Assembly (NCBI RefSeq): GCF_036321535.1
Contig: NC_087472.1
Span: 2,170,001-2,233,859 of the forward strand
Length of the DNA stretch: 63,859 nucleotides
Direction of reading: 5' to 3'
Source of the DNA: Camelus dromedarius
Taxonomy: Eukaryota
Position numbers and translations under genes: made by a program. This document shows, one piece after another, positions 43,620 to 56,253 of this stretch. The notes beneath the pieces are model-generated. The model was not told where the DNA came from, did not search any database, and worked only from the letters and a program-made list of their open reading frames with translations. Within the stretch, counting starts at the first letter, position 1, and every line of letters starts with the position of its first letter.

Positions 43620-45762
43620 AATAATATTAAATAAGCTTCAGTATCTTAGTTTGTGAATGATATTGATTATACACGTACTGGTACTTAGGCAGCCCAAGAC
43701 TGAGTTTTGCTATTTTGTAAAACAAATTGGGAAAGTTTCCATCATACTGTGTCATGCCAAAGTAGGTAACACCGCATCGGAATAGAAATTTACTTGGAAA
43801 TGTGAGAGTGATCAGCACTAAAATCGGTGGGGTCAAGAAAGAGAGAAGTAAAAGTAAACGATAGGTAATTATTGGCTCCTTATCCCTTTTCTTCTGTCAG
43901 TCTATAAAATTATAATTATGTGTGTATAACCTGGATTTGTCTGGCTTAGTTAAGAAAGTAGGAGAAAATCAACCTGGATCAGTAGGATCCCTGCTCACCA
44001 TCTCAGTTCATCCGCAGACGTTCACCGAGCCTCTCCTCTCTGGAGGGCTCGGTGTTAGCAGTGGGGACACTCGGAAAAGCAGGACAGCCCACACCTAGGA
44101 TAGTCTAGGAGCCGCAGTCACATCGGGAAGTTGGTGAAAGGTCTCCTAAGTCCCATAGGGCAAATAAAAATAGGGCGAGGGGGTGGGGGTCCGGGAGAGA
44201 GCACCCAAGTGTAAGTGCCCAGCGCCAGGGCAGTTCGGGGCTTTGGGAAGCTGGGGGGGAGGTCCTTCTGTGGGAGGTGATGGTAATGAAGCTGGGTGGT
44301 GGCGGCAGGCAGACGTGCAGACGGCGCTTGTTAGTGGTGAGAGGAACGTGTCAGGTGGGAGATTGCTCTGAGAAGTCCCTCTGGGATCGTGGATACATCT
44401 CCTGGGCGAGGGGGGAAGGTGTACTTTGTTCAGGGATGCTTAGAGACCTGGTTATCCTGCCTGAGCTGCTAGGACACTCAGAATGCTCCAACTGCAGGGA
44501 GGAGTGGCGTTTGACGTGGCTCACAGTGTACTCCGTCCTGGCATATATAGTTGAAGAGGTTTGGTAACCGCCCCAAACTTGGGGTAGGATTTACTGGGGT
44601 GTGTTCTTGGAAACGGTCTGCTGGACACTTACACTGATGGGTCAGCTCCCCTCGATGGTCAGAATCCAAAGCCATAGATGAGGAATGGTCCTGGACATCG
44701 CAGGGAGGAAACACCCACCGAGGCTGAATTCCAAACAGGGAATCCACCTCCGGCCCTCCCGACAGCCCTGGGAGACCCCCGGGCACGGGGTCCGGATGTG
44801 ACGGGCGCTGATGCCCCCTCCCTGGGGGGTGAGAGAGGTGAGGGCCTGGGTGAGGGAGGCCGGCTTCAGGTCTGCACAGGGAAGGAGCCCAGCGCTGCCA
44901 GGAGTCAAGGTAGAACCGTGTGGAGGGACTCGGGTTGCAGGGAATCCAGGTCGGTTCTGCTGTCAGCCCTGGGAGACCGCAGGCAGGGTGGCGGAGATCA
45001 GTGCCCCAACCCCCACCCCCGCTTCCCTCTCGGGGGTCCTGGCTGTGGAGGGGCCTGGGTCCAAGGGGAGCAAACTGAGGTGGGCAGAGGGAGGGGCCCA
45101 GGCCCAGCCTGGAGCCCAGGTGAGGAGCAGAGGGAAGGCTGAGGGACCCCCGGGGAATCCATCTCAGCGCCTGGCGTCCACAGTCCTGGGAAGCCCTGGG
45201 CTTGGTGGCCTGCTGTGAGTCCACAGACGCCCCTGGGGGTCTCTGGGCAGTGAGGGCCTTGGTGTGAAGGTGTGGGCTCGGCTCAACAAGGGGGCGTCCC
45301 AGGACCCGCCGGGGCTCAAGGTGAGGACCCTGACGGAGGACAGCATGGGCCCCACAGATCCCCGCCCCTGCTGTCAGCCCTGGGAGGGCCTGGGTGGGAT
45401 GAGCACTCGTGGGGCCCTGACTTCCTCACACCCGGGTCTCCGAGGGACGGGGGTCCTGCGATGAGGGGCGGGGCCTCGGGTGGCCAGAGGCTAGACGACA
45501 CGACGCCTAAGTGACGACCCTGAGGGAAAACTGAGGGGACCCCGAACCCGGAAAAGAAGCCATCCCACAGAAAGGGGCCCTTGCTATCAGCTGTCCGGAG
45601 GCCCGAGGGCAGGACAGGCCCCCGTGTTGTGTCGTGACTGCGGCACCCTGGTCTCACAGAGACCGGGGACTTCGTGTGAGATGAGGGGGGGACCCTCAGA
45701 TCTGCAGAGCAGAGAATCCCAGGTCCCACTGGGAGTGAAGGTGACGACCGCGAGCGAGCAGT

Positions 45763-46494
45763 GAGGGACCCTGGACCCCAAAACACAGTCGGTCCTGGGA
45801 GGCCATAGGTCGGAATAAGCACCGGCGGCATTTCCCGCCATCCGGGTCTCGGAGGGACTGGGGTCCTGGGATGAGGGGCGGGGCTTCGGGGGTTCCAAGG
45901 GGAGGCTACATGCCGCCTGAGTCAAAGTGAGGACCCCGAGGGAGAACAGAGGGATCCTGGACCCCAAGACAGTGTTGGATCTTGGAGGCCTTGGGGCAGG
46001 GTGACCACCTGTGGCGTTTCCTGCCATCCGGGTCTCGGAGGGACTGGGGTCCTGGGATGAGGGGCGGGGCCTCGGGGGCTCCAAGGGGAGGCTATCTGCC
46101 GCCTGAGTCAAAGTGAGGACCCCGAGGGAGAACGGAGGGATCCTGGACCCCAAGACACTGTTGGATCTTGGAGGCCTTGGGGCAGGGTGACCACCTGCGG
46201 CGTTTCCTGCCATCCGGGTCTCGGAGGGACTGGGGTCCTGGGATGAGGGGCGGGGCCTCGGGGGCTCCAAGGGGAGGCTATCTGCCGCCTGAGTCAAAGT
46301 GAGGACCCCGAGGGGGAACGGACGGATCTTGCACCCCGGGACAGTGTTGGACCTTGGAGGCCTTGGGGCAGGGTGACCACCTGCGGCGTTTCCTGCCATC
46401 CGGGTCTCGGAGGGACTGGGGTCATGGGATGAGGGGCGGGGCCTCGGGGGCTCCAAGGGGAGGCTACATGCCGCCTGAGTCAAAGTGAGGACCC
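45763..46494. repeat. 186-bp VNTR, unit 7, 4 copies (A,B,B,C)
   Basis: Same as units 4 and 5. Confidence 0.95.
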
Positions 46495-47717
46495 TCAAGC
46501 AGGAAGGAGGGGCCCCTGAACCCAGAAAAGTGGCCATCCCACAGAGAGTCGCCCTTGCTTTCAGCTGTCCGGCGGCCCGAGGGGACGACAGCCCACGTGG
46601 TTTGTCCTGACTTCCGCATCCGAGTCTCAGACAGACCTGGGACATAGTGAAAGGGCGGGGGCCTCAGGTCTGCGGAGGAGAGAATCTCAGGGCCGCCTGG
46701 GAGTGAAGGTGACGACCGCGAGTTAGCATTCAGGGACCCTGGACCCCAAAACAGAGTCAGTCCTGGGAGGCCATGGGGCGGGAGGACCTCGGGCAGCAGT
46801 TCCTGAAATGCGGGTCTCAGAGGGACTGGGGTCTTGGTATGACGGGCGGGGCCTCAGGTGGGCTGAGAGGGGAATCCCAGGTCCTGCCAGGAGTCAAGGT
46901 GACCCCGAGGGAGGAGTGAGGGACCCGAGATCCCAGAACAGAGGGGACGCAACCGATCCTGCCCCTGCTGTCAGCCCTGGGAGGCCTCAATGCGGGATGA
47001 GCACACGTGGTGTGTCCTGACTTCGGCATCCAGGGCTCAGAGAGACCGGGGACCTACTATCAGGATGGGGCCCTCAGGTGGTTGCAGAGCAGAATCCCAG
47101 GTCCCGCTTGGAGTCCCGGTGAGGACCCTGAGTTAGCGCGGACAGGACCTCCCACCCTAGAAGAGTGGGAACCTGCCAGAGCCCAGGCCTCCTGCCAGCA
47201 CGCGGGTCCAGGGCTGTGCCACAGTGTAGATCCGAGGTCTCCCCTCCTTTCTCTCCCAGGGGCTCCAGACACCGGGAAGGCCTAGGTCTGAGACACGTGT
47301 TCTCGGGTCACAGAGCACAGGAGGCTGGCAGTGCCAGGACTGAAGGTGAGGTGTGGGCCCTGAGTGTGTACCCGGGGGCTCCCGGAACAGAGGGGACCCC
47401 GCGAGGCCAACGTCCACTCCACACACCCCGTGTTGCCCCCAGAACCTCGGGCTGTGCCGGCTGCACCCTGAGGAGCCGCCTCACTTCCCCCGTCAGGTTC
47501 ACAGACGACCGTCCACCAGGAGGAGAGCCCCTGTGAGGCCGAGGGCACCCCTGAAGAGGAGACCTGTAAGTAGCCTTTGTCAGAGCCCCCCACGGTGGGT
47601 TTCTCAGCCCGGGCCACTGACACTCCCTTTCTTCCCCAGGCCCGTGGGTCCCCATCTGTCACCCCTGCCCTCGCTGCTCTCAGCTGCCCGACACCACTCA
47701 CCGTGCCTCCCGTTCAG

Positions 47718-48722
47718 ATGCGTGACCTCCACCACACTGAAGCCGACTTTCACGACCCAAGAGAGGCTGAGGATTCCGAGGATGAGCAGGACATTTGGGT
47801 TGAGGAGGAGGAGGGCGCATCCCCGTTGTCTCCCTCCTCCTCCTCCTCCTCCTCCTCCTCCTCCTTCTCCTCCTCGTCTTCCTACTCAGTCCTGTTCCTG
47901 GGCAGTGGCGAGGAGGTGGCTGATTCTGGGACACCCAGTCCCGCGCAGAGCCCTCAGGGTGTCTGCCCCTCCCCCACAGCCGTGGCAGCCCCTCCCTGGA
48001 GCCAGTCGGAAGACAATGGCCTCAGAAGCCAAGGTGAGGAGGGGCCCAGCACCGGGCAGGACCCGGCAGATGCCGAGTCCCGGCTCCACGATGCATTACA
48101 TTTGATGATGGTTGACCTGATGGGCTTCCTGCTCCACAAGTACCGCACAAAGCAGCCGACCTCAAAAGAGGAAATGCTGAATGCGGTCCTCAGAGATGAC
48201 CAGGACCACTTCCCTGCGGTCTTGAGCCAAGCCTCTGAGTGTCTGCAGCTGGTCTTTGGGGTGGATGTGAAGGAGGTGGACCCCAGGGAGCACTTGTATG
48301 TCCTGGTCCCCACCCTGGGCCTCACCTACGATGGCATGCAGGACGATGGGCAGAGCATTCCCAAGACTGGCCTCCTGCTGATACTTCTGGGTGTGATTGT
48401 CCTGGAGGGCGACTTTGCTCCTGAGGAGGCAGTCTGGGGAGCACTTAGCAAGATGGGGCTGTGTGCTGGGAGGGAGCACTTCATCTATGGGGAGCCCAGG
48501 GAGCTCATCACCAACGTGTGGGTGCGGGAGGGGTACGTGGAGTACCGGCAGGTGGCCAACAGCGATCCCGCTCGCCACGAGTTCCTGTGGGGTCCCCGGG
48601 CCTACACGGAGACCAGCAAGCTGCAAGTCCTGGAACATTTCCTCAGGATCAATAGAAGGGGTCCCAGTTCTTTCCCGTCCCTGTCTGAAGAGCGAGTGAG
48701 TGATGAGGAAGAGGGGGCCTGA
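47718..48722 (+). CDS. MAGEA: MAGE-A family protein, copy 7, 334 aa (10-Ser tract, DDQDH)
   Basis: Intact frame. Confidence 0.95.
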   Translation: MRDLHHTEADFHDPREAEDSEDEQDIWVEEEEGASPLSPSSSSSSSSSSFSSSSSYSVLFLGSGEEVADSGTPSPAQSPQGVCPSPTAVAAPPWSQSEDNGLRSQGEEGPSTGQDPADAESRLHDALHLMMVDLMGFLLHKYRTKQPTSKEEMLNAVLRDDQDHFPAVLSQASECLQLVFGVDVKEVDPREHLYVLVPTLGLTYDGMQDDGQSIPKTGLLLILLGVIVLEGDFAPEEAVWGALSKMGLCAGREHFIYGEPRELITNVWVREGYVEYRQVANSDPARHEFLWGPRAYTETSKLQVLEHFLRINRRGPSSFPSLSEERVSDEEEGA

Positions 48723-48977
48723 GCCAGACTTGCAGCTGGGCTCCTTCTAGGCCCCTGTCCGGCAGCTTCTCCTGCCGGGCAGGAAGTGAGGCTGACTCTT
48801 CACTGTGTGTCTGAGGAGCAAGGAGTCAGCACCCTAAGTAGTGAGGGCCCGGGCCAGTGGGGGGGACACGGTGTACAGCATCTCTGGGCTCCTGTTCTCT
48901 ACAATGATATGGAAATTCATCTTCATTTCCTTTAGTGATGTTTCAGATGTTATTCGTTTTCATAAATATCAATATAC

Positions 48978-50895
48978 TTTATTTTATTATACAGTCTTTT
49001 TAAAGATTACATTTTATTTACAGTTATGAGAAAATATTGGTTATATACGCCTTGTTCTGCAATACATTCTTGAACCTTCCTTACACCCAATAGTTTGTAC
49101 TTCCCACTCCCTCACCCCTATATTGCCCCTTGCCCCTCACCCCTCCCCACTGGTAATCACTAGTTTGTTCTCTATGAGCCTGCTTCTTCTTTGTTATACT
49201 CACTAGTTTGTTGTATTTTTTAGAGTCCACATATAAATTGATATCATACAGTATTTGTCTTTCTCTGTCTGATTTATTTCACTTAGCATAATGTCCTCCA
49301 AGTCCATCCATCTTGCTGNNNNNNNNNNNNNNNNNNNNNNNNNNNNNNNNNNNNNNNNNNNNNNNNNNNNNNNNNNNNNNNNNNNNNNNNNNNNNNNNNN
49401 NNNNNNNNNNNNNNNNNNNNNNNNNNNNNNNNNNNNNNNNNNNNNNNNNNNNNNNNNNTAGATAACACAGCTATGAATATTGGGTGCGTGTATCTTTTCA
49501 AATTAGTATCTGGTTTTTTTTTTGTTTTTTTTTTTTTTTGAGATGTATACCCAGGAATGGAATTGCTGGGTCACTTGGTAGTTCTAGTTTTAGTTTTTTG
49601 AGAAACGGCATACTGTTTTCCAGAGTGGTCACACCAATTTACATCCCCACCAACAGTGTAGGAGGGATCCCTTCTCTCCACATCTTCGCCAACATTTGCT
49701 ATTTGCNNNNNNNNNNNNNNNNNNNNNNNNNNNNNNNNNNNNNNNNNNNNNNNNNNNNNNNNNNNNNNNNNNNNNNNNNNNNNNNNNNNNNNNNNNNNNN
49801 NNNNNNNNNNNNNNNNNNNNNNNNNNNNNNNNNNCTTTGGACAAATGTCTATTGTGTTGTTCTGCCCGTTTTTAGTTGGGTCATTTGTTTTTTTGATGTT
49901 GAATTGTATGAGCTGTTTATATATGGTGGTTATTGCTCCCTTGTCAGTTGTAACGTTTGCAAATATTTTCTCCCCTTCAGTAGGTTGTTGTTTTAATTTA
50001 GTCAGTGGGTTCCCTTGCTGTGCAGAAGCTTTTAAGTATAATTAGGTCCCCGCTGTTTATTTTTCCTTTTATTTCCTTTGTTTTAGGACATGGATCCAAA
50101 AAGTTATTGCTGTAATTTATGTCAGAGAGTGTTCTGCCTATGTTTTCCTCTAGGAGTATTATAGTATCCAGTCTTAAATGTAGATCTTTAATCTATTTTG
50201 AGTTTATTTTTGTATATGGTGTTAGAGAATGTTCTAAGTTCATTGTTTGACAGGTAGCTGTCCAGTTTTCCCAGAGCCACTTATTGAAGAGACTGTCTTT
50301 TCTCCATTCAATATCCTTGCTTCCTTTGTCGTACATTAATTGACGGTAAGTGTGTGGGTTTACTTCTCGCCTCTCTATCCTGTTCCATTGATCTGTGTGT
50401 CTGTTTGGGGGCCAGAACCGCACTGTTTTGATTACTACAGCTTTGTAGTATAGTCCAATGTCAGGGAGCATGATTTCTCCAGCTCTGTTCTTCATTCCCA
50501 AGATTGTTTTAGCTATTGGGGTTCTTTTCTTTTTCCAGACACTTTTTTAAATTATTTGTTCTGGTTCTGAGAAAAATGCCATTGTTATTTTGACAGGGAT
50601 TGCTTTGAATCTGTAGATTGCCTTGGGTAGTATGGTCACTGGGTTGTTTGGTCAACAACACTGATTCTTCCAATCCAAGAACACGGTATATCTTTCCATC
50701 TGTTGGTGTCATCTTCAGCTTCTTGCATCAGTGTCTTGTAGTTATTGGAGTACAGGTCTTTGGTCTCCTTAGCTAGGTTTATTACTAGATTATTTATTCT
50801 CTTTGATGTGATGGTAAATGGGATTGTTTCCTTAATTTCTCTTTCTGGTACTCCTTTGTTAGTGTATAAGATGCAACAGATTTCTGTATATTAAT
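48978..50895 (-). mobile_element. LINE-1 remnant, copy after gene 7
   Basis: Near-identical to 5515-7433. Confidence 0.93.
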
Positions 50896-53038
50896 AATAA
50901 TATTAAATAAGCTTCAGTATCTTAGTTTGTGAATGATATTGATTATACACGTACTGGTACTTAGGCAGCCCAAGACTGAGTTTTGCTATTTTGTAAAACA
51001 AATTGGGAAAGTTTCCATCATACTGTGTCATGCCAAAGTAGGTAACACCGCATCGGAATAGAAATTTACTTGGAAATGTGAGAGTGATCAGCACTAAAAT
51101 CGGTGGGGTCAAGAAAGAGAGAAGTAAAAGTAAACGATAGGTAATTATTGGCTCCTTATCCCTTTTCTTCTGTCAGTCTATAAAATTATAATTATGTGTG
51201 TATAACCTGGATTTGTCTGGCTTAGTTAAGAAAGTAGGAGAAAATCAACCTGGATCAGTAGGATCCCTGCTCACCATCTCAGTTCATCCGCAGACGTTCA
51301 CCGAGCCTCTCCTCTCTGGAGGGCTCGGTGTTAGCAGTGGGGACACTCGGAAAAGCAGGACAGCCCACACCTAGGATAGTCTAGGAGCCGCAGTCACATC
51401 GGGAAGTTGGTGAAAGGTCTCCTAAGTCCCATAGGGCAAATAAAAATAGGGCGAGGGGGTGGGGGTCCGGGAGAGAGCACCCAAGTGTAAGTGCCCAGCG
51501 CCAGGGCAGTTCGGGGCTTTGGGAAGCTGGGGGGGAGGTCCTTCTGTGGGAGGTGATGGTAATGAAGCTGGGTGGTGGCGGCAGGCAGACGTGCAGACGG
51601 CGCTTGTTAGTGGTGAGAGGAACGTGTCAGGTGGGAGATTGCTCTGAGAAGTCCCTCTGGGATCGTGGATACATCTCCTGGGCGAGGGGGGAAGGTGTAC
51701 TTTGTTCAGGGATGCTTAGAGACCTGGTTATCCTGCCTGAGCTGCTAGGACACTCAGAATGCTCCAACTGCAGGGAGGAGTGGCGTTTGACGTGGCTCAC
51801 AGTGTACTCCGTCCTGGCATATATAGTTGAAGAGGTTTGGTAACCGCCCCAAACTTGGGGTAGGATTTACTGGGGTGTGTTCTTGGAAACGGTCTGCTGG
51901 ACACTTACACTGATGGGTCAGCTCCCCTCGATGGTCAGAATCCAAAGCCATAGATGAGGAATGGTCCTGGACATCGCAGGGAGGAAACACCCACCGAGGC
52001 TGAATTCCAAACAGGGAATCCACCTCCGGCCCTCCCGACAGCCCTGGGAGACCCCCGGGCACGGGGTCCGGATGTGACGGGCGCTGATGCCCCCTCCCTG
52101 GGGGGTGAGAGAGGTGAGGGCCTGGGTGAGGGAGGCCGGCTTCAGGTCTGCACAGGGAAGGAGCCCAGCGCTGCCAGGAGTCAAGGTAGAACCGTGTGGA
52201 GGGACTCGGGTTGCAGGGAATCCAGGTCGGTTCTGCTGTCAGCCCTGGGAGACCGCAGGCAGGGTGGCGGAGATCAGTGCCCCAACCCCCACCCCCGCTT
52301 CCCTCTCGGGGGTCCTGGCTGTGGAGGGGCCTGGGTCCAAGGGGAGCAAACTGAGGTGGGCAGAGGGAGGGGCCCAGGCCCAGCCTGGAGCCCAGGTGAG
52401 GAGCAGAGGGAAGGCTGAGGGACCCCCGGGGAATCCATCTCAGCGCCTGGCGTCCACAGTCCTGGGAAGCCCTGGGCTTGGTGGCCTGCTGTGAGTCCAC
52501 AGACGCCCCTGGGGGTCTCTGGGCAGTGAGGGCCTTGGTGTGAAGGTGTGGGCTCGGCTCAACAAGGGGGCGTCCCAGGACCCGCCGGGGCTCAAGGTGA
52601 GGACCCTGACGGAGGACAGCATGGGCCCCACAGATCCCCGCCCCTGCTGTCAGCCCTGGGAGGGCCTGGGTGGGATGAGCACTCGTGGGGCCCTGACTTC
52701 CTCACACCCGGGTCTCCGAGGGACGGGGGTCCTGCGATGAGGGGCGGGGCCTCGGGTGGCCAGAGGCTAGACGACACGACGCCTAAGTGACGACCCTGAG
52801 GGAAAACTGAGGGGACCCCGAACCCGGAAAAGAAGCCATCCCACAGAAAGGGGCCCTTGCTATCAGCTGTCCGGAGGCCCGAGGGCAGGACAGGCCCCCG
52901 TGTTGTGTCGTGACTGCGGCACCCTGGTCTCACAGAGACCGGGGACTTCGTGTGAGATGAGGGGGGGACCCTCAGATCTGCAGAGCAGAGAATCCCAGGT
53001 CCCACTGGGAGTGAAGGTGACGACCGCGAGCGAGCAGT

Positions 53039-53770
53039 GAGGGACCCTGGACCCCAAAACACAGTCGGTCCTGGGAGGCCATAGGTCGGAATAAGCACCG
53101 GCGGCATTTCCCGCCATCCGGGTCTCGGAGGGACTGGGGTCCTGGGATGAGGGGCGGGGCTTCGGGGGTTCCAAGGGGAGGCTACATGCCGCCTGAGTCA
53201 AAGTGAGGACCCCGAGGGAGAACAGAGGGATCCTGGACCCCAAGACAGTGTTGGATCTTGGAGGCCTTGGGGCAGGGTGACCACCTGCGGCGTTTCCTGC
53301 CATCCGGGTCTCGGAGGGACTGGGGTCCTGGGATGAGGGGCGGGGCCTCGGGGGCTCCAAGGGGAGGCTATCTGCCGCCTGAGTCAAAGTGAGGACCCCG
53401 AGGGAGAACGGAGGGATCCTGGACCCCAAGACACTGTTGGATCTTGGAGGCCTTGGGGCAGGGTGACCACCTGCGGCGTTTCCTGCCATCCGGGTCTCGG
53501 AGGGACTGGGGTCCTGGGATGAGGGGCGGGGCCTCGGGGGCTCCAAGGGGAGGCTATCTGCCGCCTGAGTCAAAGTGAGGACCCCGAGGGGGAACGGACG
53601 GATCTTGCACCCCGGGACAGTGTTGGACCTTGGAGGCCTTGGGGCAGGGTGACCACCTGCGGCGTTTCCTGCCATCCGGGTCTCGGAGGGACTGGGGTCA
53701 TGGGATGAGGGGCGGGGCCTCGGGGGCTCCAAGGGGAGGCTACATGCCGCCTGAGTCAAAGTGAGGACCC
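53039..53770. repeat. 186-bp VNTR, unit 8, 4 copies (A,B,B,C)
   Basis: As unit 7, but cacctgcgg rather than cacctgtgg in copy 2. Confidence 0.95.
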
Positions 53771-54993
53771 TCAAGCAGGAAGGAGGGGCCCCTGAACCCA
53801 GAAAAGTGGCCATCCCACAGAGAGTCGCCCTTGCTTTCAGCTGTCCGGCGGCCCGAGGGGACGACAGCCCACGTGGTTTGTCCTGACTTCCGCATCCGAG
53901 TCTCAGACAGACCTGGGACATAGTGAAAGGGCGGGGGCCTCAGGTCTGCGGAGGAGAGAATCTCAGGGCCGCCTGGGAGTGAAGGTGACGACCGCGAGTT
54001 AGCATTCAGGGACCCTGGACCCCAAAACAGAGTCAGTCCTGGGAGGCCATGGGGCGGGAGGACCTCGGGCAGCAGTTCCTGAAATGCGGGTCTCAGAGGG
54101 ACTGGGGTCTTGGTATGACGGGCGGGGCCTCAGGTGGGCTGAGAGGGGAATCCCAGGTCCTGCCAGGAGTCAAGGTGACCCCGAGGGAGGAGTGAGGGAC
54201 CCGAGATCCCAGAACAGAGGGGACGCAACCGATCCTGCCCCTGCTGTCAGCCCTGGGAGGCCTCAATGCGGGATGAGCACACGTGGTGTGTCCTGACTTC
54301 GGCATCCAGGGCTCAGAGAGACCGGGGACCTACTATCAGGATGGGGCCCTCAGGTGGTTGCAGAGCAGAATCCCAGGTCCCGCTTGGAGTCCCGGTGAGG
54401 ACCCTGAGTTAGCGCGGACAGGACCTCCCACCCTAGAAGAGTGGGAACCTGCCAGAGCCCAGGCCTCCTGCCAGCACGCGGGTCCAGGGCTGTGCCACAG
54501 TGTAGATCCGAGGTCTCCCCTCCTTTCTCTCCCAGGGGCTCCAGACACCGGGAAGGCCTAGGTCTGAGACACGTGTTCTCGGGTCACAGAGCACAGGAGG
54601 CTGGCAGTGCCAGGACTGAAGGTGAGGTGTGGGCCCTGAGTGTGTACCCGGGGGCTCCCGGAACAGAGGGGACCCCGCGAGGCCAACGTCCACTCCACAC
54701 ACCCCGTGTTGCCCCCAGAACCTCGGGCTGTGCCGGCTGCACCCTGAGGAGCCGCCTCACTTCCCCCGTCAGGTTCACAGACGACCGTCCACCAGGAGGA
54801 GAGCCCCTGTGAGGCCGAGGGCACCCCTGAAGAGGAGACCTGTAAGTAGCCTTTGTCAGAGCCCCCCACGGTGGGTTTCTCAGCCCGGGCCACTGACACT
54901 CCCTTTCTTCCCCAGGCCCGTGGGTCCCCATCTGTCACCCCTGCCCTCGCTGCTCTCAGCTGCCCGACACCACTCACCGTGCCTCCCGTTCAG

Positions 54994-55998
54994 ATGCGTG
55001 ACCTCCACCACACTGAAGCCGACTTTCACGACCCAAGAGAGGCTGAGGATTCCGAGGATGAGCAGGACATTTGGGTTGAGGAGGAGGAGGGCGCATCCCC
55101 GTTGTCTCCCTCCTCCTCCTCCTCCTCCTCCTCCTCCTCCTTCTCCTCCTCGTCTTCCTACTCAGTCCTGTTCCTGGGCAGTGGCGAGGAGGTGGCTGAT
55201 TCTGGGACACCCAGTCCCGCGCAGAGCCCTCAGGGTGTCTGCCCCTCCCCCACAGCCGTGGCAGCCCCTCCCTGGAGCCAGTCGGAAGACAATGGCCTCA
55301 GAAGCCAAGGTGAGGAGGGGCCCAGCACCGGGCAGGACCCGGCAGATGCCGAGTCCCGGCTCCACGATGCATTACATTTGATGATGGTTGACCTGATGGG
55401 CTTCCTGCTCCACAAGTACCGCACAAAGCAGCCGACCTCAAAAGAGGAAATGCTGAATGCGGTCCTCAGAGATGACCAGGACCACTTCCCTGCGGTCTTG
55501 AGCCAAGCCTCTGAGTGTCTGCAGCTGGTCTTTGGGGTGGATGTGAAGGAGGTGGACCCCAGGGAGCACTTGTATGTCCTGGTCCCCACCCTGGGCCTCA
55601 CCTACGATGGCATGCAGGACGATGGGCAGAGCATTCCCAAGACTGGCCTCCTGCTGATACTTCTGGGTGTGATTGTCCTGGAGGGCGACTTTGCTCCTGA
55701 GGAGGCAGTCTGGGGAGCACTTAGCAAGATGGGGCTGTGTGCTGGGAGGGAGCACTTCATCTATGGGGAGCCCAGGGAGCTCATCACCAACGTGTGGGTG
55801 CGGGAGGGGTACGTGGAGTACCGGCAGGTGGCCAACAGCGATCCCGCTCGCCACGAGTTCCTGTGGGGTCCCCGGGCCTACACGGAGACCAGCAAGCTGC
55901 AAGTCCTGGAACATTTCCTCAGGATCAATAGAAGGGGTCCCAGTTCTTTCCCGTCCCTGTCTGAAGAGCGAGTGAGTGATGAGGAAGAGGGGGCCTGA
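54994..55998 (+). CDS. MAGEA: MAGE-A family protein, copy 8, 334 aa (10-Ser tract, DDQDH)
   Basis: Intact frame. Confidence 0.95.
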   Translation: MRDLHHTEADFHDPREAEDSEDEQDIWVEEEEGASPLSPSSSSSSSSSSFSSSSSYSVLFLGSGEEVADSGTPSPAQSPQGVCPSPTAVAAPPWSQSEDNGLRSQGEEGPSTGQDPADAESRLHDALHLMMVDLMGFLLHKYRTKQPTSKEEMLNAVLRDDQDHFPAVLSQASECLQLVFGVDVKEVDPREHLYVLVPTLGLTYDGMQDDGQSIPKTGLLLILLGVIVLEGDFAPEEAVWGALSKMGLCAGREHFIYGEPRELITNVWVREGYVEYRQVANSDPARHEFLWGPRAYTETSKLQVLEHFLRINRRGPSSFPSLSEERVSDEEEGA

Positions 55999-56253
55999 GC
56001 CAGACTTGCAGCTGGGCTCCTTCTAGGCCCCTGTCCGGCAGCTTCTCCTGCCGGGCAGGAAGTGAGGCTGACTCTTCACTGTGTGTCTGAGGAGCAAGGA
56101 GTCAGCACCCTAAGTAGTGAGGGCCCGGGCCAGTGGGGGGGACACGGTGTACAGCATCTCTGGGCTCCTGTTCTCTACAATGATATGGAAATTCATCTTC
56201 ATTTCCTTTAGTGATGTTTCAGATGTTATTCGTTTTCATAAATATCAATATAC